This document shows positions 23,798-37,130 of a stretch of 64,000 nucleotides of DNA, piece after piece. Each line of letters starts with the position of its first letter. Positions within the stretch are counted from its first letter, which is position 1. Location: the NCBI GenBank assembly GCA_951406725.2, contig OX597816.1, forward strand, positions 112,592,001 through 112,656,000. The letters are read 5' to 3'. This DNA comes from Octopus vulgaris. Lineage: Eukaryota. The notes beneath the pieces were generated by a model, which made no database searches, had not been told where the DNA came from, and was given only the letters and a program-made list of their open reading frames with translations. Made by a program: the position numbers and the translations under genes.

Positions 23798-25000
23798 GAG
23801 GTAGCAAGCTGGCAGAATTGATAGCACACCAGGCAGAATGCTTAGTGGTATTTCATCCATCTTCACATTCTGAGTGCAAATTTTGCAAAGATCAACTTTG
23901 CTTTTCATCCTTTCAGGGTCAATAAAATAATGTACCAGTTGAGTACTGGGGTCAATGTAATCAACTATGCCCCTCCCCCAAATTTCAGGCCTTGTGCCTA
24001 TAGTAGAAAGGATTATTATTATTATTATTATTTAAGGTGGTGATCTGGAGAAGCCAGTTGGATAGAATACCCTGTAGTATTTGTTCTGAGCATTTACATT
24101 GTGAGTTCAAATTCTCCTACAGTCAACTTTGTCTGTCAGTCGTTCAATGCTCGGTAAAATAAACTACCAATCAACTACAAGAATTAAGTTAATTGATTAA
24201 TCCATCCCCTAGATTTCAAGCCTTGTGCCTATGTTAGAAACATTTATACATCCTTTTGCGATTGGTAAGTAAAGTATCAGCCTAGAATGAAAAAAATGCT
24301 AGAATTGTTAGTGTTGAACAATATGCTTTGTAGTATTTGTTCTAACTTTAAATTCTGTCTTCTGTTGCTGGGATCCTCATTATGGGAAGAAGAGCTTTCA
24401 GATCTTGCCTAACGGTCCTTCTAATGCCAGATGAAGCCCTGTATCAGTGGGAACACTTCAGTTGCATCAGTGTGTATTAATGACTAACCAAGCAATCTTT
24501 GCACTGAAATAGGGTTAAGGTTATTTTAAGTGATTGATGGCAGAACCAGTAAAAAACAAAACAAAATGTTTCATAGAATTAATTTATGCCTCTGTAAATA
24601 AGATTTCAAATTCTGCTTGGGTTGACTTCATTCCTTCTCATTCTATGTTTGGTAAGAAATATTCTAGTTAAGGGTCTCTATTGATTCAATCTACTTCTCC
24701 CACAAGTCTGTGGCTGTGTTAGAAATCCCACCATCACCTTTATTATCTAATCATTATTCCTGTTTGTAATATTCTGCAATACTCTATGGGTTATGACTTC
24801 GGGTAAAGTATTTTGGTAGAATCTATAGAGTGGTGAGCAATAAGGCCTTGTGGTATTACTTGTGGTATTGAGTTCAAATTCTGCTGAGGTGAATTTTGCA
24901 TTCTATTCTTCTGGGGCCAGTAAAATAAAGTACCAGTCTAGTGCTGAGATTGATGTAAATCAACTAAAAATTGCTGTCCTTCGACCTGAATTAGAAACAG
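23798..25000 (+). mobile_element. Pile-up of about five SINE family C copies
   Basis: Co-oriented copies at ~23798-24012, 24034-24240, 24295-24360, 24600-24730 and 24860-25000 with GAGTTCAAATT and TTTCATCCTTT..AATAAAATAAGTACC motifs. Confidence 0.8.
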
Positions 25001-25489
25001 GCTTCACTGGATAAATGAGTAAAACTTTTGCACTTGTAAAGCATCTTGTGAGCAGAGTGTTTTGTTTCATTTTTTAAAAATTCCTTAACACAAAGGCAAA
25101 ATTTTAATTTTTTTATTTTTATAAATGCGTGATATTACAGAAATAATAGAAATGAGAAAAACTGTAAATATTTTGTAGTTTGAATATCAAACAAAGATTA
25201 AACTTTTTGTTAACTTATTTCTCTTAAAAAACAATGAAGAAATTAACAAAATATTTTTGCTATTATTAAGATTGTGAATGAAACGTAAATTATAATGAAA
25301 TTGAATTTAAATGGAAAGTTTTTATTTATATTACTGTAAAAAGAAGTTTATATTATAGCATTAGTGACTATTTCAGGTTGGTTGGTATCAAAAGGGTTGA
25401 AATATAAAATATGTACAAGATGAAATTTACTGAAGAAATGCAATTGTAATTATTTTATGGAGATTGTTACTCATCAAGATTTGCTTTAT

Positions 25490-25982
25490 AGTCTTTAGCT
25501 AAGTGAGGCCATAATCCTGTGGCCTTTACCTGGGATGTAGCCAGCCCACTTATGCATTCCTTTCCTTCTTGGGAAACAAAACTCCACTTGTGAAGACCTG
25601 TTGAGGCAAGTGAAAATCAAAATTGTAATCGATCAACATCAATGGAATTTGTAGCTGTGATACCATAAGAGAACATAAGAGAACCATCCGAATGTGTCCG
25701 TAGCCAGCGGCGCCCTGACTGGCCTCCGTGCCAGTGGCACATAAAAAGCACCATCTGATTGTGGCCGTTTGCCAGCTTCGTCTGGCACCTGTGCCAGTGG
25801 CACATAAAAATTACCCACTACACTCACGGAGTGGTTGGCATTAGGAAGGGCATCCAGCTGTAGAAACACTGCCAGATCAGACTGGGCCTAGTGCAGCCTT
25901 CTGGCTTCCCAGACCCCAGTTGAACTGTCCAACCCATGCTAGCATGGAAAGCGGATGTTAAACGATGATGATGATGATGATA
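25490..25982 (+). mobile_element. RTE-type LINE 3' end
   Basis: Near-identical 3' half to 19289-19573; (GAT)n tail. Confidence 0.9.
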
Positions 25983-25999
25983 ATTGAAACACAAATTAA

Positions 26000-26300
26000 T
26001 ATGTACCCAATTTATAATCTACTAAAATGCAAAGCATTATTCATTTCACCTTAATACCCTGTCTCAGCTTTTCTCAAACTGAGTAACAGAAAACTTGTGA
26101 TTCTAAAGATTGTAATTTTTCAGATGATTAATTTCATCTTTAAGTTTCAAGAGGCCTTTTTAATTTTTACATTTGTGTTCTGTTTTGATGGTCATTATCT
26201 TATTCCTGAATATGTACATTGCATCGGTCAGTAATGGAACTAGGAAACTTTATTTCTAAAAATAGAAAAGAGGGTTATAACACTCTTGTTCACTAAGCCA
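26000..26300 (+). pseudogene. Decayed LRR fragment 7
   Basis: PVSAFLKLSNRKLVILK (26058); LISSLS; MYIASVSNGT. Confidence 0.5.
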
Positions 26301-26319
26301 CTGGTGCATGTGAATCTGT

Positions 26320-26620
26320 AGCTACCCACCACTTTTTATTTTCACTTGCTCATTCTGGAGAAAGGTGCAGAACCGGTCCTCTGAGATTTGTGCAACTGAT
26401 ACTGTTAATGTTCTGTTTAAACTGTTACAAGTTGACACCTGCAGGAAAGGCATGAGCAAAGAAGAGATTTCTGAAGAATGATGTTCTGGATAAGAAGAAC
26501 TGTGCAGGGCAAGACTGAATATGGAGTGGTGGATAGATGTGCATAGCAAGGATATTGAGAGGTAGAAAGACAAGTTGGTCATGAGTGCTTGAGTGGAGGG
26601 AGGTACTAGACTCAAAGGAA
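26320..26620 (-). mobile_element. Old LINE ORF2 C-terminal relic (CR1/L2-like)
   Basis: Minus strand AQFFLSRTSFFRNLFFAHAFPAGVNL*QFKQNINSI resembles SFFPRTxxxWNxLP..FP..NLxxFKxxIN. Confidence 0.55.
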
Positions 26621-26979
26621 CAGAAGCTTAATAGCTAAGAGCATTATTTGTTCTTAGTGTCTTGTTTGAATTTTGTTTGGTACTTAGCAAATATTCAGAA
26701 ATATGACACCAGACACTGGTGGGAGATTAAACTAGTAAAAACATAGTATAAATGTAAATAAATGCAAATTATGAAACATCTTTAATTTCTGAAGTTTGGC
26801 TCCAGTAATCTGAAAAATGATAAACTAAGATATCTATGATTCTAAGTGATTCAAAATCAAATATGCTATTGCTTAAGTCATTCTCAAGATGTAAGCTGTC
26901 TGATATTTGGATTGACATTTAACTATATTATTTTATATATATATACATATACATAGATATATATATATATATACATATA

Positions 26980-27100
26980 AAGTTAATCCAAACAAGAAAA
27001 CACAAAAAAACACAACAACGCGGGCACGTGGAACAAATATAGTATTATTGGACACTCAGGAAAGAAGGAGGGTATAACGTTTCGAGTGGAGCTCTTCGTC

Positions 27101-27102
<2 letters not shown>
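26980..27102 (-). mobile_element. Penelope-like terminal fragment with minimal hammerhead ribozyme motif
   Basis: Minus strand 27102-27075: CTGACGA-A-GAG-CTCCA-CTC-GAAAC-GTTA, embedded between (TA)n and (AGAT)n. Confidence 0.65.
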
Positions 27103-27147
<45 letters not shown>

Positions 27148-27149
27148 GT

Positions 27150-28200
27150 TAATGGATGAAAGTATATGTAGAAAATTAGTTAGTTATCACATAGTTTATT
27201 GAAAGCTTTATCTAGTTTGTACTTTCAATGTGAGTTCTCTTAAGTCTCTTTAAAGCTCTTAAGTCAGCTGTTTTCAAGTATCTGCTTTTTATTTATTTAA
27301 TGCTTTCAAACTGTTTTAAAGTTATCATTTTATCTTAGCCTTCAGCTTAAATAGTTCTTTTATCTGGCTTCAAACATTATTTTCTTTAAGCTCTTTAATA
27401 AATTTTATATTTCTGATTGCTATCCATTGTATTTATTGACTGGATCAGAAGCTAATCTTATAGCTGTATTGATTTTCTTCAATTTTATAATACCTAATAC
27501 ACCTGTTATCGGTACAAAATAGTGAATTTTGTAACATATTGAAACTTTATTGCCAATTGGGGAAATTGAGTTCTTCATAACCTCTTTCATAGCAGCTGAA
27601 GAAAATGTGTTAGGTTCGAAGAGAATTATCTGCTAGTGGTGTTAATGTCTAAATTGCATAATGTATTAATGCAAGCTGAGTGTCCTAAACAAATTATAGT
27701 GCAAAATAAGTGCATATGTAGTTTAGATGCTGCTCTTATCCACTGAAATTACAAAAATAGTGTATATATTATAACTGAACTCTAGACAGATTTCAATCTG
27801 AACAGCATAGCAATTCTGTGAGTTATAAGATTTAGAGTGAAATATTCAATTAAACTATATCAAATAGCTGTTGAACTTTGAATTGAAATGAATATATTGT
27901 TTAGTGTGATTTATTTATGGCATAATAATTTCTGGTATTTAATGGGTGTTAGCTACTCATCCAGTTTCCATGCCACTTGGCAAAATTTTCTGTTAAACAT
28001 ATAAGAGATAACAATTGATAACCTGCAAGAGCACAATTTGTTTTATGTATCAGTATATTTACAAGCAAAAGCAGTATGTGTGAACCACAACTATTATTTC
28101 AGTATTGTGTAGAGAGCAATTTCAATAATTTCAATGTAGATTTCACTATGCTTCATAATAATCTTGTGATAATACAAGAACAATTTGATTGGCAGAAATA
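27150..28200 (-). pseudogene. Decayed LRR gene 8
   Basis: LRRNT-like FCQSNCSCI (28197-28171); RLKS/LEFSYN (~27785); LILHYNLFRTLS (27710-27675); TLCNL/LADNSL/FEPNTFS; LKSLKKI; LRELTLK. Confidence 0.7.
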
Positions 28201-28949
28201 CTACTGCTTGCAAACAGGCTGAGAGGAATAAGCTTGTTATTATTATTTAGTCCCAGGCCATCCCTATGATCAAAAATCTTTCAGAATTATATTATCTGTT
28301 CTTTCTTCTTTGTTAAGAAAGATAGTATGGCTTTATAAATTTGATGGATATTTCTCAGGTGTTTCTAGCTGCTTGAGTGACAATCTGGAGAATTTCCTAT
28401 TGGCTTGAAAATAGTAAAATTTTATGGAATGGAATGTTCTCTGGAATACTAAATGTCCAAATTTGATTTCTTGTCCAACTGAATAGTAACATAAATGAAG
28501 AACTAACCAAACCTCAGTCTTGAATCTTCGGTTTCTTTTTATTTCTCTTCTTCCTTCACATGAAATAGAATTTGAAATTTATTAAAACCTTTGAAAATAA
28601 ATGCACCTTATAAAGTGTCATAAAACCGATAAAAATTAGAATCCAAATATTTTAATAGAATAATTTTTTTATTCCACTTTGGAAGCTATTTGTATTTACT
28701 GATCAAAATTTTTTTTTTTTTTAACAATGAAAAGGAAAGTTAATAATACAATCAAATTAATGAGAACATTTCAAAATGTTATGTTATTGAATCAGCTGAA
28801 AGAGCATGAAGTAACACAAAACACACAATTATATTCCATATTCATTTCTAACAATACAAGACTTTTCCATTTTGATTAGTGTGATTTAGAGTAACCACTT
28901 GGTTCTCAGTGTAGAGATATTCATTCACATTCTAGCAACAAACTAGCGT

Positions 28950-29400
28950 AATAGGCTTTAATGGTTAATTGGCTGGGCTTTTTTTTAATAAAATCTCACA
29001 TGCAATCATTTTCTTATTCTTTCCTGTAATCCATTTTTTAATGTCTAATAACATAGCATTTAATATCTTCCTTACAATATTGAATCAAATTTCATTGATA
29101 GATGGATGTGCTGTTCTTGCTCAGCCACTAGTGTACACATTCAACAGGTCTAAACAAGTTTGATCTATTATCTGAAACACTACAAAACCAATTTCTGTCA
29201 TGATCATCATCTTTTCTTTTTACAGCTTTTTTTTTTTCATCTATTTCGTTTTTTAAACAAAAACAACTTTTATTCAAATCTCTTAACCAGTTTCCATTTC
29301 TGTTTTCATCAAACTTTATTTTACTGGAGATCATTGCACACTGAACACTCCCATATTGTTCTTACTGTCAGATATATACCTATCTCTCCCTCATTCACTC
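28950..29400 (+). pseudogene. Decayed LRR gene 9
   Basis: FFNKISH; LNQISLIDGCAV; YTFNRSKQV*SI (ORF 28969-29163); NFYSNLLTSF; PYCSYCQI (~29351). Confidence 0.55.
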
Positions 29401-29789
29401 TTCCTCTGTTTTTTTATACATATACACACACAACCTGTAAGATACAGAAAATTGCAAAAGAGAAATAATATGTGCAAAATAGTTTTTCTTTCCTGTGTGT
29501 CTATTAGTGAAGAAGGAAAAAACAACAACAAAAAGACAAAAAATTATTTTTGAACTTCTTTATCCATAAATTGTATTTAACCACTAATGGCAGGAACATA
29601 ATAAACCAGACATTATTTAGTTGTACTTTATAGCATGACAGGAAAAGATTCCTACTAACTCTAAATTTTCTTTTGAAAAGCAATGCATTTAATTTACAGG
29701 AGAATGTCATTTATTTAGAAAATTTCCTTCTTTGAAAATTCTTAGCAACTTTTTTTTTTCATATATATATGTGTGTGTGTGTGTATAAA

Positions 29790-31520
29790 GCAAGGAAGTA
29801 GTCAGTGAAAATCTAGTTAAATTTCCATCAAACTGTTATTGAATACTTCAATACTTTAAAATTCATTGCATGCGTTCATTTTTGAAGTATTCGCTAGTGT
29901 TAATCTATAGAACATCTTGCGATAATGCAGGGCCAATTTGTCTTTTTCGTCTTTATGTAAAAGACAGGAAACTTTAAAATTGTATGATTTTTTTTTTAAA
30001 AGTAATGTATCATATTGAGTTGTTGATTTGTTTTGTAGTTTGAGAAAGTGTTTAAATACTTAAATATTTTATTATTTTGTTGTAAATATTTTTTACATAG
30101 CATACATAATTTGAGAGATCATTTTTAATAAAATTTTTTTATCAAAATTTAAGGTGAACTTTCCATTTGATGTAATTTATAACTATATCAGAAATACTGT
30201 TTCACTTCCAAAGTATAAAACCATCTTGTAAGATATGGAAAGTGATTAATTGCTTGTGTGTATTTGTATCGTCTATAGTAAAAGAAGTGGGCTAACGAGA
30301 GAATCTCAACATGGTTATTCAACTTGCTAGCAATAACAACTAAATTTTCCTCAAATCATACATACTATATCAAAGTGCAAAAGAACACATTAAAAACTGT
30401 AATCCTTGGTGCATTGTGCCTGACAGTAAAAAAAGATAGCTCATCTGGAATGCTTTTGACCTTAGAACTACTCAATTGGATCTGGCTTTACTCTTTAGCA
30501 ATCAGATTACTTTGTCAAATGTTATGCTTATTCATTCATATTGTTTTGAATTAATCATACATTATCTCATAGCTTTGAGATATCAATAATGTGATTGTTT
30601 ATTTTAAGGTTGTAGGGTAGGTGTGAAAAGCCAAACCTGCCAGATAGAACAGAAAGCAAGTAGAATATTTGGGGCTGATATGGCCAATTTGAATGCTAAA
30701 AGGTTAAAGTTAAATATCACTATCAATAATAGAAAAAGTATAATCTTTACTCTCAATCATCAGCTTTAAGCTTAAATTAGCTGATTGCAATTTATGAATA
30801 AAGGTAACTTGTGTAGAAGACTTCTGAGTATCCACTAATCTCAGGTCAGTTTTCAAAGACCAGGGTCATTTGTATGCCAGTTGGTGAGTTATTTTATTCA
30901 AGTTTACAGCTAATTAGTGTAGCTGAATCTTTAATTGATAATCAGGACCAAAGCTACTGTCTCAATTTATCCAACTGATATTTCAAGCAAGAAATATTAA
31001 AATACAATGGCTAGTTTTGCAATGTTTTATTATACAAAACAGAGAAAAATTACTGTCTTTTACATTACAACTTATCGAAATACATGAGTCTTTAAATATT
31101 CCTTCAGGTCATTTGAAGGTAAAAGAATAAAATTAACTGCAAACTCTGTTAGCACTAATCTTTCATTTCCTATTGACACATACATCTAATTATGTTTATT
31201 GACAAATATGTATCTGGTCACACCATATATCCTGATTTGTTGAACCAAATATCTTCCAGCTGTCTTAAATCAATTCATTGTTGAACGAAATGCTAATTTA
31301 GTTATGTTTTTTAAATATTAGACTACAAATCTCAACCTTTCACTGCAAAATTGAATTTCATGGTTATTCCAGTAATGATGTTAAATGTCTAACAAAAAAT
31401 AGAATTAGTATTTTCTGCAAGTCACATTGCCTCTATAAGTTTGACGTATTTCAACAAAAATAGTTTCAAATATTCCTCAACACAAAATAGATTCACATAG
31501 AAAAGTGCTTTCTGCTGTTA
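29790..31520 (+). pseudogene. Decayed LRR gene(s) 10
   Basis: ENLVKFPSN; SIEHLAIMQGQF (~29904); LNIP/RSFEGKRIKL (~31093); QFIVERNANLV; IELVFSASHIASISLTYF (~31399). Confidence 0.5.
30487..30707. mobile_element. piggyBac-type MITE family P1
   Basis: CTCTTTAGCAAT ... AATGCTAAAAGGTTAA; inverted relative to the 9051 copy. Confidence 0.75.
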
Positions 31521-31548
31521 AAAGTGATGGAACTTAGAGTAGATATAT

Positions 31549-31591
31549 CTGATTTCCAGGGTAAAGGATTAACTTTTACCCTGGAAATCAG
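31549..31591. repeat. Perfect 17-bp inverted repeat
   Basis: CTGATTTCCAGGGTAAA-GGATTAACT-TTTACCCTGGAAATCAG. Confidence 0.95.
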
Positions 31592-31636
31592 TTATAACTT
31601 CAGTTATAATTCAATAAAATATTCAATAGTTTGCAC

Positions 31637-32017
31637 TTTTACTCTTTTAACACTTTCACTTGCTTCAGTCATTTGACTGTGGCTATGCTGGAGCACCACC
31701 TTAAGTCAAGAACATCGACCCCGAGGACTTATTCTTTGGAAGCCTAGTACTTATTCTATCGGTGTCTTTTGCCGAACCACTAAGTTACAGGGACGTAAAC
31801 ACACCAGCATTGGTTGTCAAGCAATGTTGGAGGGACAAACACAAACATATACACACACATGCATATATATATACATATACACAACTAGCTTCTTTCAGTT
31901 TCCATCTACCAAATCCACTCACAAGAAGACACTTGCCCAAGGTGCCATGCAGTGGGACTGAACCTGGAACCTTGTGGTTCATAAGGAAGCTACTTTCCAC
32001 ACAGCCACTCCTACACC
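31637..32017 (-). mobile_element. SINE family A
   Basis: Reverse complement of 21306/60749 with a small internal deletion. Confidence 0.9.
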
Positions 32018-32056
32018 TGATAAAATAATGTCAATAATATATTCATGTAAGACATT

Positions 32057-32205
32057 GAGCTGGCAGAATTGTTACCATGCTGGGCAAAATACTTACCAGC
32101 ATTTTGTCTATCTTTATGCTCTCAGTTCAAATTCAGCCAAGTTTGACTTTACCTTCCATCCTTTTGAGGTCAATAAAATAAGAACCAGTTGAGCACTTGG
32201 GTTTA
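32057..32205 (+). mobile_element. SINE family C
   Basis: GAGCTGGCAGAATTGTTA..AGTTCAAATTC..CCTTCCATCCTTTTGAGGTCAATAAAATAAG. Confidence 0.8.
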
Positions 32206-33169
32206 TGTACATGGTATTATTGTCACCCCTAGACTTACTGAGCAATGCAATGCGGAATGGTTATGTGAATTTACTCATTCTTGATGTGGTCCAAGTGTAA
32301 TCTGATTAAGCTGTTGCTGTAGTATCTCACTTTCAATGTCTGTATCTTCCTTTGAATTTCTCACATGAACATTCATGTGCCAGTGCAATTTGGAGCTTTT
32401 TTTTTCTCTTTTCTTTTTTTTGTTATAGTAATGTTCTTATTTTTCCATTTTGTTTTCCTGAAATTATGGCTGATTTGGTTCTAGGCTAGACAACATAAGT
32501 TTCTTACTCTTTAGCAGTCTTCAGTTCTTACTTTCTTTAGGAAATCAGTACATTTGCTTGAAGTTGATGACCCCAATCTCTTACTGTGTATATTTCCATG
32601 CTTCTTAGCATAGACTATCACTTGTTTAACTCCAAGTAATTCCTGATTAGACCTTTGGCCAAACGTATGGCTACTATGATATGCCTATCTTTTTGTATAT
32701 ATGTGATTACACTGAGAAAATGTCCTTTCTCTATCAAGATAGTAAAATGTGATTTCATGTTAAATTAATAGAGTAAGATCTGGTAGTTATTCCTTACAAG
32801 TCAAACAACTGTGTCAATGCACCTTCATTAGTTTAATTCTCCCTTGTAACTTCCATAATGTCTTCCAATTGTAACCTTTTCTTGCCTCCCCCCCCCCCGC
32901 ATATATGGTGTCATATGTCAACAACTATAATAAATACTTATAAATGACATTTGAAATGACTCTGCTATGCAATCCCTCAACTTGCTAAAAATAGCAACCA
33001 AAATCTCTCACTTATTGCAACTTATTGTCTTGTAGAAAGGACAGTGGATACTGTATTTCTTCATGTTAAGTAACTAAATAAAATAAAAAAATAATGAAAT
33101 GGAAATAGTGGAAACCTTTGATCATAAATTGATTTGGAGATAAATAACAACAATAGTAGCAACAACAAC

Positions 33170-33450
33170 AATGTACCCTGAGCATGACTACACATTTTGA
33201 GTGCAGACTGATTGATGAATGTTGATACTGAGTAAATGATAAAGCATTTCAGCATTACTCACTAATATTATCCTAATTTTAAATTTCTCTCAAAAAGCTA
33301 ATGGATGTTTCCAAGTGAAAATAAGATAAATATTGCAGGTATGACAGAAAGTAGATAGCAATTCTCAAAAGAGTTCAGAAACAGTTAGTGCTTAATTTTA
33401 AGAGATTAATACCGCAGAAACAAAGACAGTTTCAGAACAACCAATGTAAG
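33170..33450 (+). pseudogene. Decayed LRR fragment 11
   Basis: VNDKAFQHY/TNIILILNFSQK (~33232-33296). Confidence 0.4.
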
Positions 33451-34039
33451 TTTTATGGTAGTATATTCGTTAATTGGTCTTCAGTATATGGTATACATAA
33501 TATCGCTCTAACATTTCATTTTAAAAGCCATAGTCTTTTTTCACTTCCATTTTAATTCACTCTTATCAAGCACAGTTGAAATATTTAATCATCATCATCC
33601 ATTTAACATCCACTCTTCTTTGCTTGTTTGTGTCAGATGGAATTCATTATATCAGATTTCCTACGGCTATGCTCCTCCTTCCACCAGCTCTCACTTGTTT
33701 TCCAGTAAGATATTTCCCCATGACCAGACATGTTTTCATGGAAGATTGTAAACAAATGATACCACTTGAATGGTGACGTCATTTACAAACTATCATACAG
33801 TATCAAAACATAGAGACTCATGCACACACACACACACACACATGATGGTCTTTCAATTTCCATCATCCAAATCTACTCAGAAGGCTTTGGTTGGCCTGGG
33901 GCTATTGTAGAAAATACTTCCTCAAGGTTCTACACAGTTGGAACAAGCCGATTGGTTGGAAGTGAACTTCTTAGACTCACAGCCATGCTCACACCTTATG
34001 ATCTTGAAAAATGAGAATTAAGAAAGAAATTGTTGAGAA

Positions 34040-34400
34040 GGCTGAACTAAGTAAATCTTCTGTCCAATGTTAAAAGATGTAAAATAAAGTGGTTTGGTCA
34101 TGTAATCCAGCATCATTCTACTTTAAGAACATGTTAAAAGGGATCCTTTACATATTCACAGCAAAAATAACAGCAAATTACACCCTACCATCTGTTAAAT
34201 AATGAAAGAACATATTGTAGTTGTGGATATCCTTAAAAAGACTAGATAGTCACAGGTAGAATATCTTTCAACATAAGTCTGCTTGATCAGGGCAGACTTA
34301 GAGTTAACAACAAACTCTTGTGAATATACTTCTGCTAAAAGAGGGAGTGGAAAACCATAAATGAAAGAACTGAGTAACATAAAGAATTGAAAGAGGTGAA
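34040..34400 (+). mobile_element. Old RTE-clade LINE relic
   Basis: VKRCKIKWFGHVIQH..KNMLKG (34069-34142); RGSGKP*MKELSNIKN* (~34340-34390). Confidence 0.6.
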
Positions 34401-35249
34401 GATGGAGTAAGACATGATAACTAATGACATCATGTAAGATGAAAAGAAAAATTGATTCCCTGTGCAATAAAGACCTCCTTAGGTTATGAATCATGATGGC
34501 TAAGTAACTTAGCCATCTCTCTTGTTTCTTATTTTTGAGTGGAAATTGAGCAGGGGAATAAATCCTGTGTATGAGCAAAGAGGAGGTGATTTGTATGTAC
34601 AATTGTACAATAGATGTATGTGTACACTCACACATACATACGCATTGATTTTATATATATAGCTATTACATACATATTATATACATACACATGGGTATTG
34701 ATTATGTATAAATATATATAGAAAGCTATTATATATATTTATATGTTTATTGGCTTATATGTGTGTGTGGTAATTGATTTTGTTATCCCAAGATGTTAGA
34801 AGCAAAAACACAGACAGATATTGAAAAAAGCTAAGATCTTGAAATAATTTCTCATCAACCAAAATAGTCTTTGACATTATTACACTTGACATTTTTATTG
34901 CTTGAAGGAAAATATAATATCACCAGTTTTATCCTTATCGTTAAAATCTTAGTTTAGATGGTCTTAAGTGATTATCATAGCAAAATAGTTTTTTAATTTT
35001 AATTGTAATGGCCATATTTGTGTAATGGACCATTTGTTGCCTAAAATGATTGTTTTCATAACTAAGTTCTTCACATGCTTTTTACATTAGCCTTTGACAT
35101 CATCATCATCATCATCATCATCGTATGTATTTTTGTTTTTATTATACTTCAGTTAATTTACTCTTTTCTTATCTGTTTAATTCATATTTTAACAGTCACA
35201 TGCTACTAATAAATGTTTAGAGAATTTCAATTTTTCACATTTTTGCATT

Positions 35250-35830
35250 TTTATGCACATAAAATTTTGACATTCAAACATTTGCTATTTAGCTTTAAAA
35301 AATATTATTCAAGTCTATCTATTTCAATGTGCAAAGCAGGTCACTAGTATTTTCATAACATTTTCAGCATTAAATCAATTATAAACTTTACAGTTGTTAA
35401 GATTTCATTTAAATTAGTGTTCAGCTTCTTTTCTCTGAATATAGATCATCAATGTAAAACAATTAAGTTTGCGTTTCATTTTGAATTCAATACTTGAGGA
35501 TTAAACAGGAAATCAAGGCTTATTTTTTCAAATCACATAAATTAATTTTCATACAAGCTTAATACTGCTACCTTTGTTAACTTAATGAGCAAAGCATTTC
35601 CTAAATGATGTGATAGATATGATATGGTAGTTACAACAGTCTTACAACTGTAAAGTTATTTTATATAAAATTGTGAGCTATGAAATGAAAACCAATGTGA
35701 GAGATATTTTTCCTGTTCAGAATTAGAATACCAATACATTTAGAACACAAGAGTATACTGGTCGTCAGTAGCTTAACATAGTTCTATTATCAATAAGACA
35801 GAATTACTTTAACAAAGATCAATGTGTGTA
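35250..35830 (+). pseudogene. Decayed LRR gene 12
   Basis: ITFSALNQL*TLQLL (35355); NVKQLSLRF; LNTATFVNLMS; SYNSLTTV; ELE/NTFR. Confidence 0.65.
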
Positions 35831-36003
35831 CATTGCGAAAGTAATTGCTACACATGGATGAATTCTTGCATGTGGGAAAAATCCAAATAACAAATACCCA
35901 AATTACCTCCGCCACACACACACATACACACATAGAGATATATATGTTTATATTCATAATAATATAATAATAACAATAATATATGTATATATAATAATAC
36001 TAT

Positions 36004-36382
36004 AGGAGTGGCTGTGTGGTAAGAAGCTTGCTTCCCAACCACATGGTTCTGGGTTCAGTCCCACTGCATGGCACCTTGGGGAAGTGTCTTCCACTATTGC
36101 CTTGGGCCAACCAAAGCCTTCTGAGTGGATTTGGTAGATAGAAACTGAAAAGAAGCCCATCACATATATATTTATATATTTGTGTGTTTGTGTTTGTCCC
36201 CCTACCATTGCTTGACAACCAATGTCGGTTTGTTTATGTACCTGTAACTTAGTGGTTTGGCAAAAGAGACTGATAGAATAAGTACTAGGCTTACAAAGAA
36301 TAAGTCCTAGGGTTGATTTGTTTGACTAAAGATGGTGCTTCAGCATGGCTGCTATCAAATGACTGAAACAAGTAAAAGAATA
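36004..36382 (+). mobile_element. SINE family A
   Basis: Full-length match to 60749-61148. Confidence 0.9.
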
Positions 36383-36577
36383 TCGATAGACAGATAGATA
36401 ACATATTTGTGTTTTGAATATAGTTCTTCATGGCAAAGGGACATAACATATTACAACTGACTAAACTTTCTCTAAATTACTATTAGACATCTTTGAGTTT
36501 ATTTGAGCTCGTTTACTAAGGACAGAACTGAAACGCTGCAATTATGTAGTTCACGCTGTGCCTTTTACTTACATTAC

Positions 36578-37130
36578 ATGGGTTTTGCGTATTATATCTC
36601 TCTGGGCGTATTGTTGATATTTGCACCATGTAAACCTGATGTTTTGTTAAAATAAGGATGTGTGAGGAAAATTTGTTACCTGCATACATAGAAAATTATG
36701 AATAAAAAGTTTGCAGCTGTAATCAAATTAAATTTGAGGCTATAGAAATTCATAATTATTACATGAATGTATGGTTTCAGAACATGGAAATTACAAATAA
36801 AAAAGGAAAAAACAAGTGATTGGATGGCCTGTCATATTCTGCTTATAAAAACTATTCATATAAAAAGATATAAAAATCCTGAAGTTATAGAATAATCTTC
36901 AATCTCAAACCTTAGGGAAATTTTTTTAATTTTTTATTCAGAATGATTAATTGCAATATGTTTGTAGTGTATTCAATTATCAGCTATGACAGAATTAGTT
37001 GATTCCTGATCATAATTGATTAAGCTATCTTAAGATAGAGCTGATATTTGAAATCCCCATAATTTTTATAGACAATTTCAAATTTATTGTTAATTAAAGT
37101 TGTAATTGCTAATAATATTACACTGTCTTG
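36578..37130 (+). pseudogene. Decayed LRR gene 13
   Basis: MGFAYYISLGVLLIFAPC (signal-like); FVTCIHRKL; LDGLSYSAYKN/KILKL*NNL/ISNLRE; DHN*LSYL; N*SCNC. Confidence 0.55.

Noticed and set aside
34195-34635. 146-aa minus-strand ORF
   Set aside because: Antisense to an RTE relic and microsatellite; no domain
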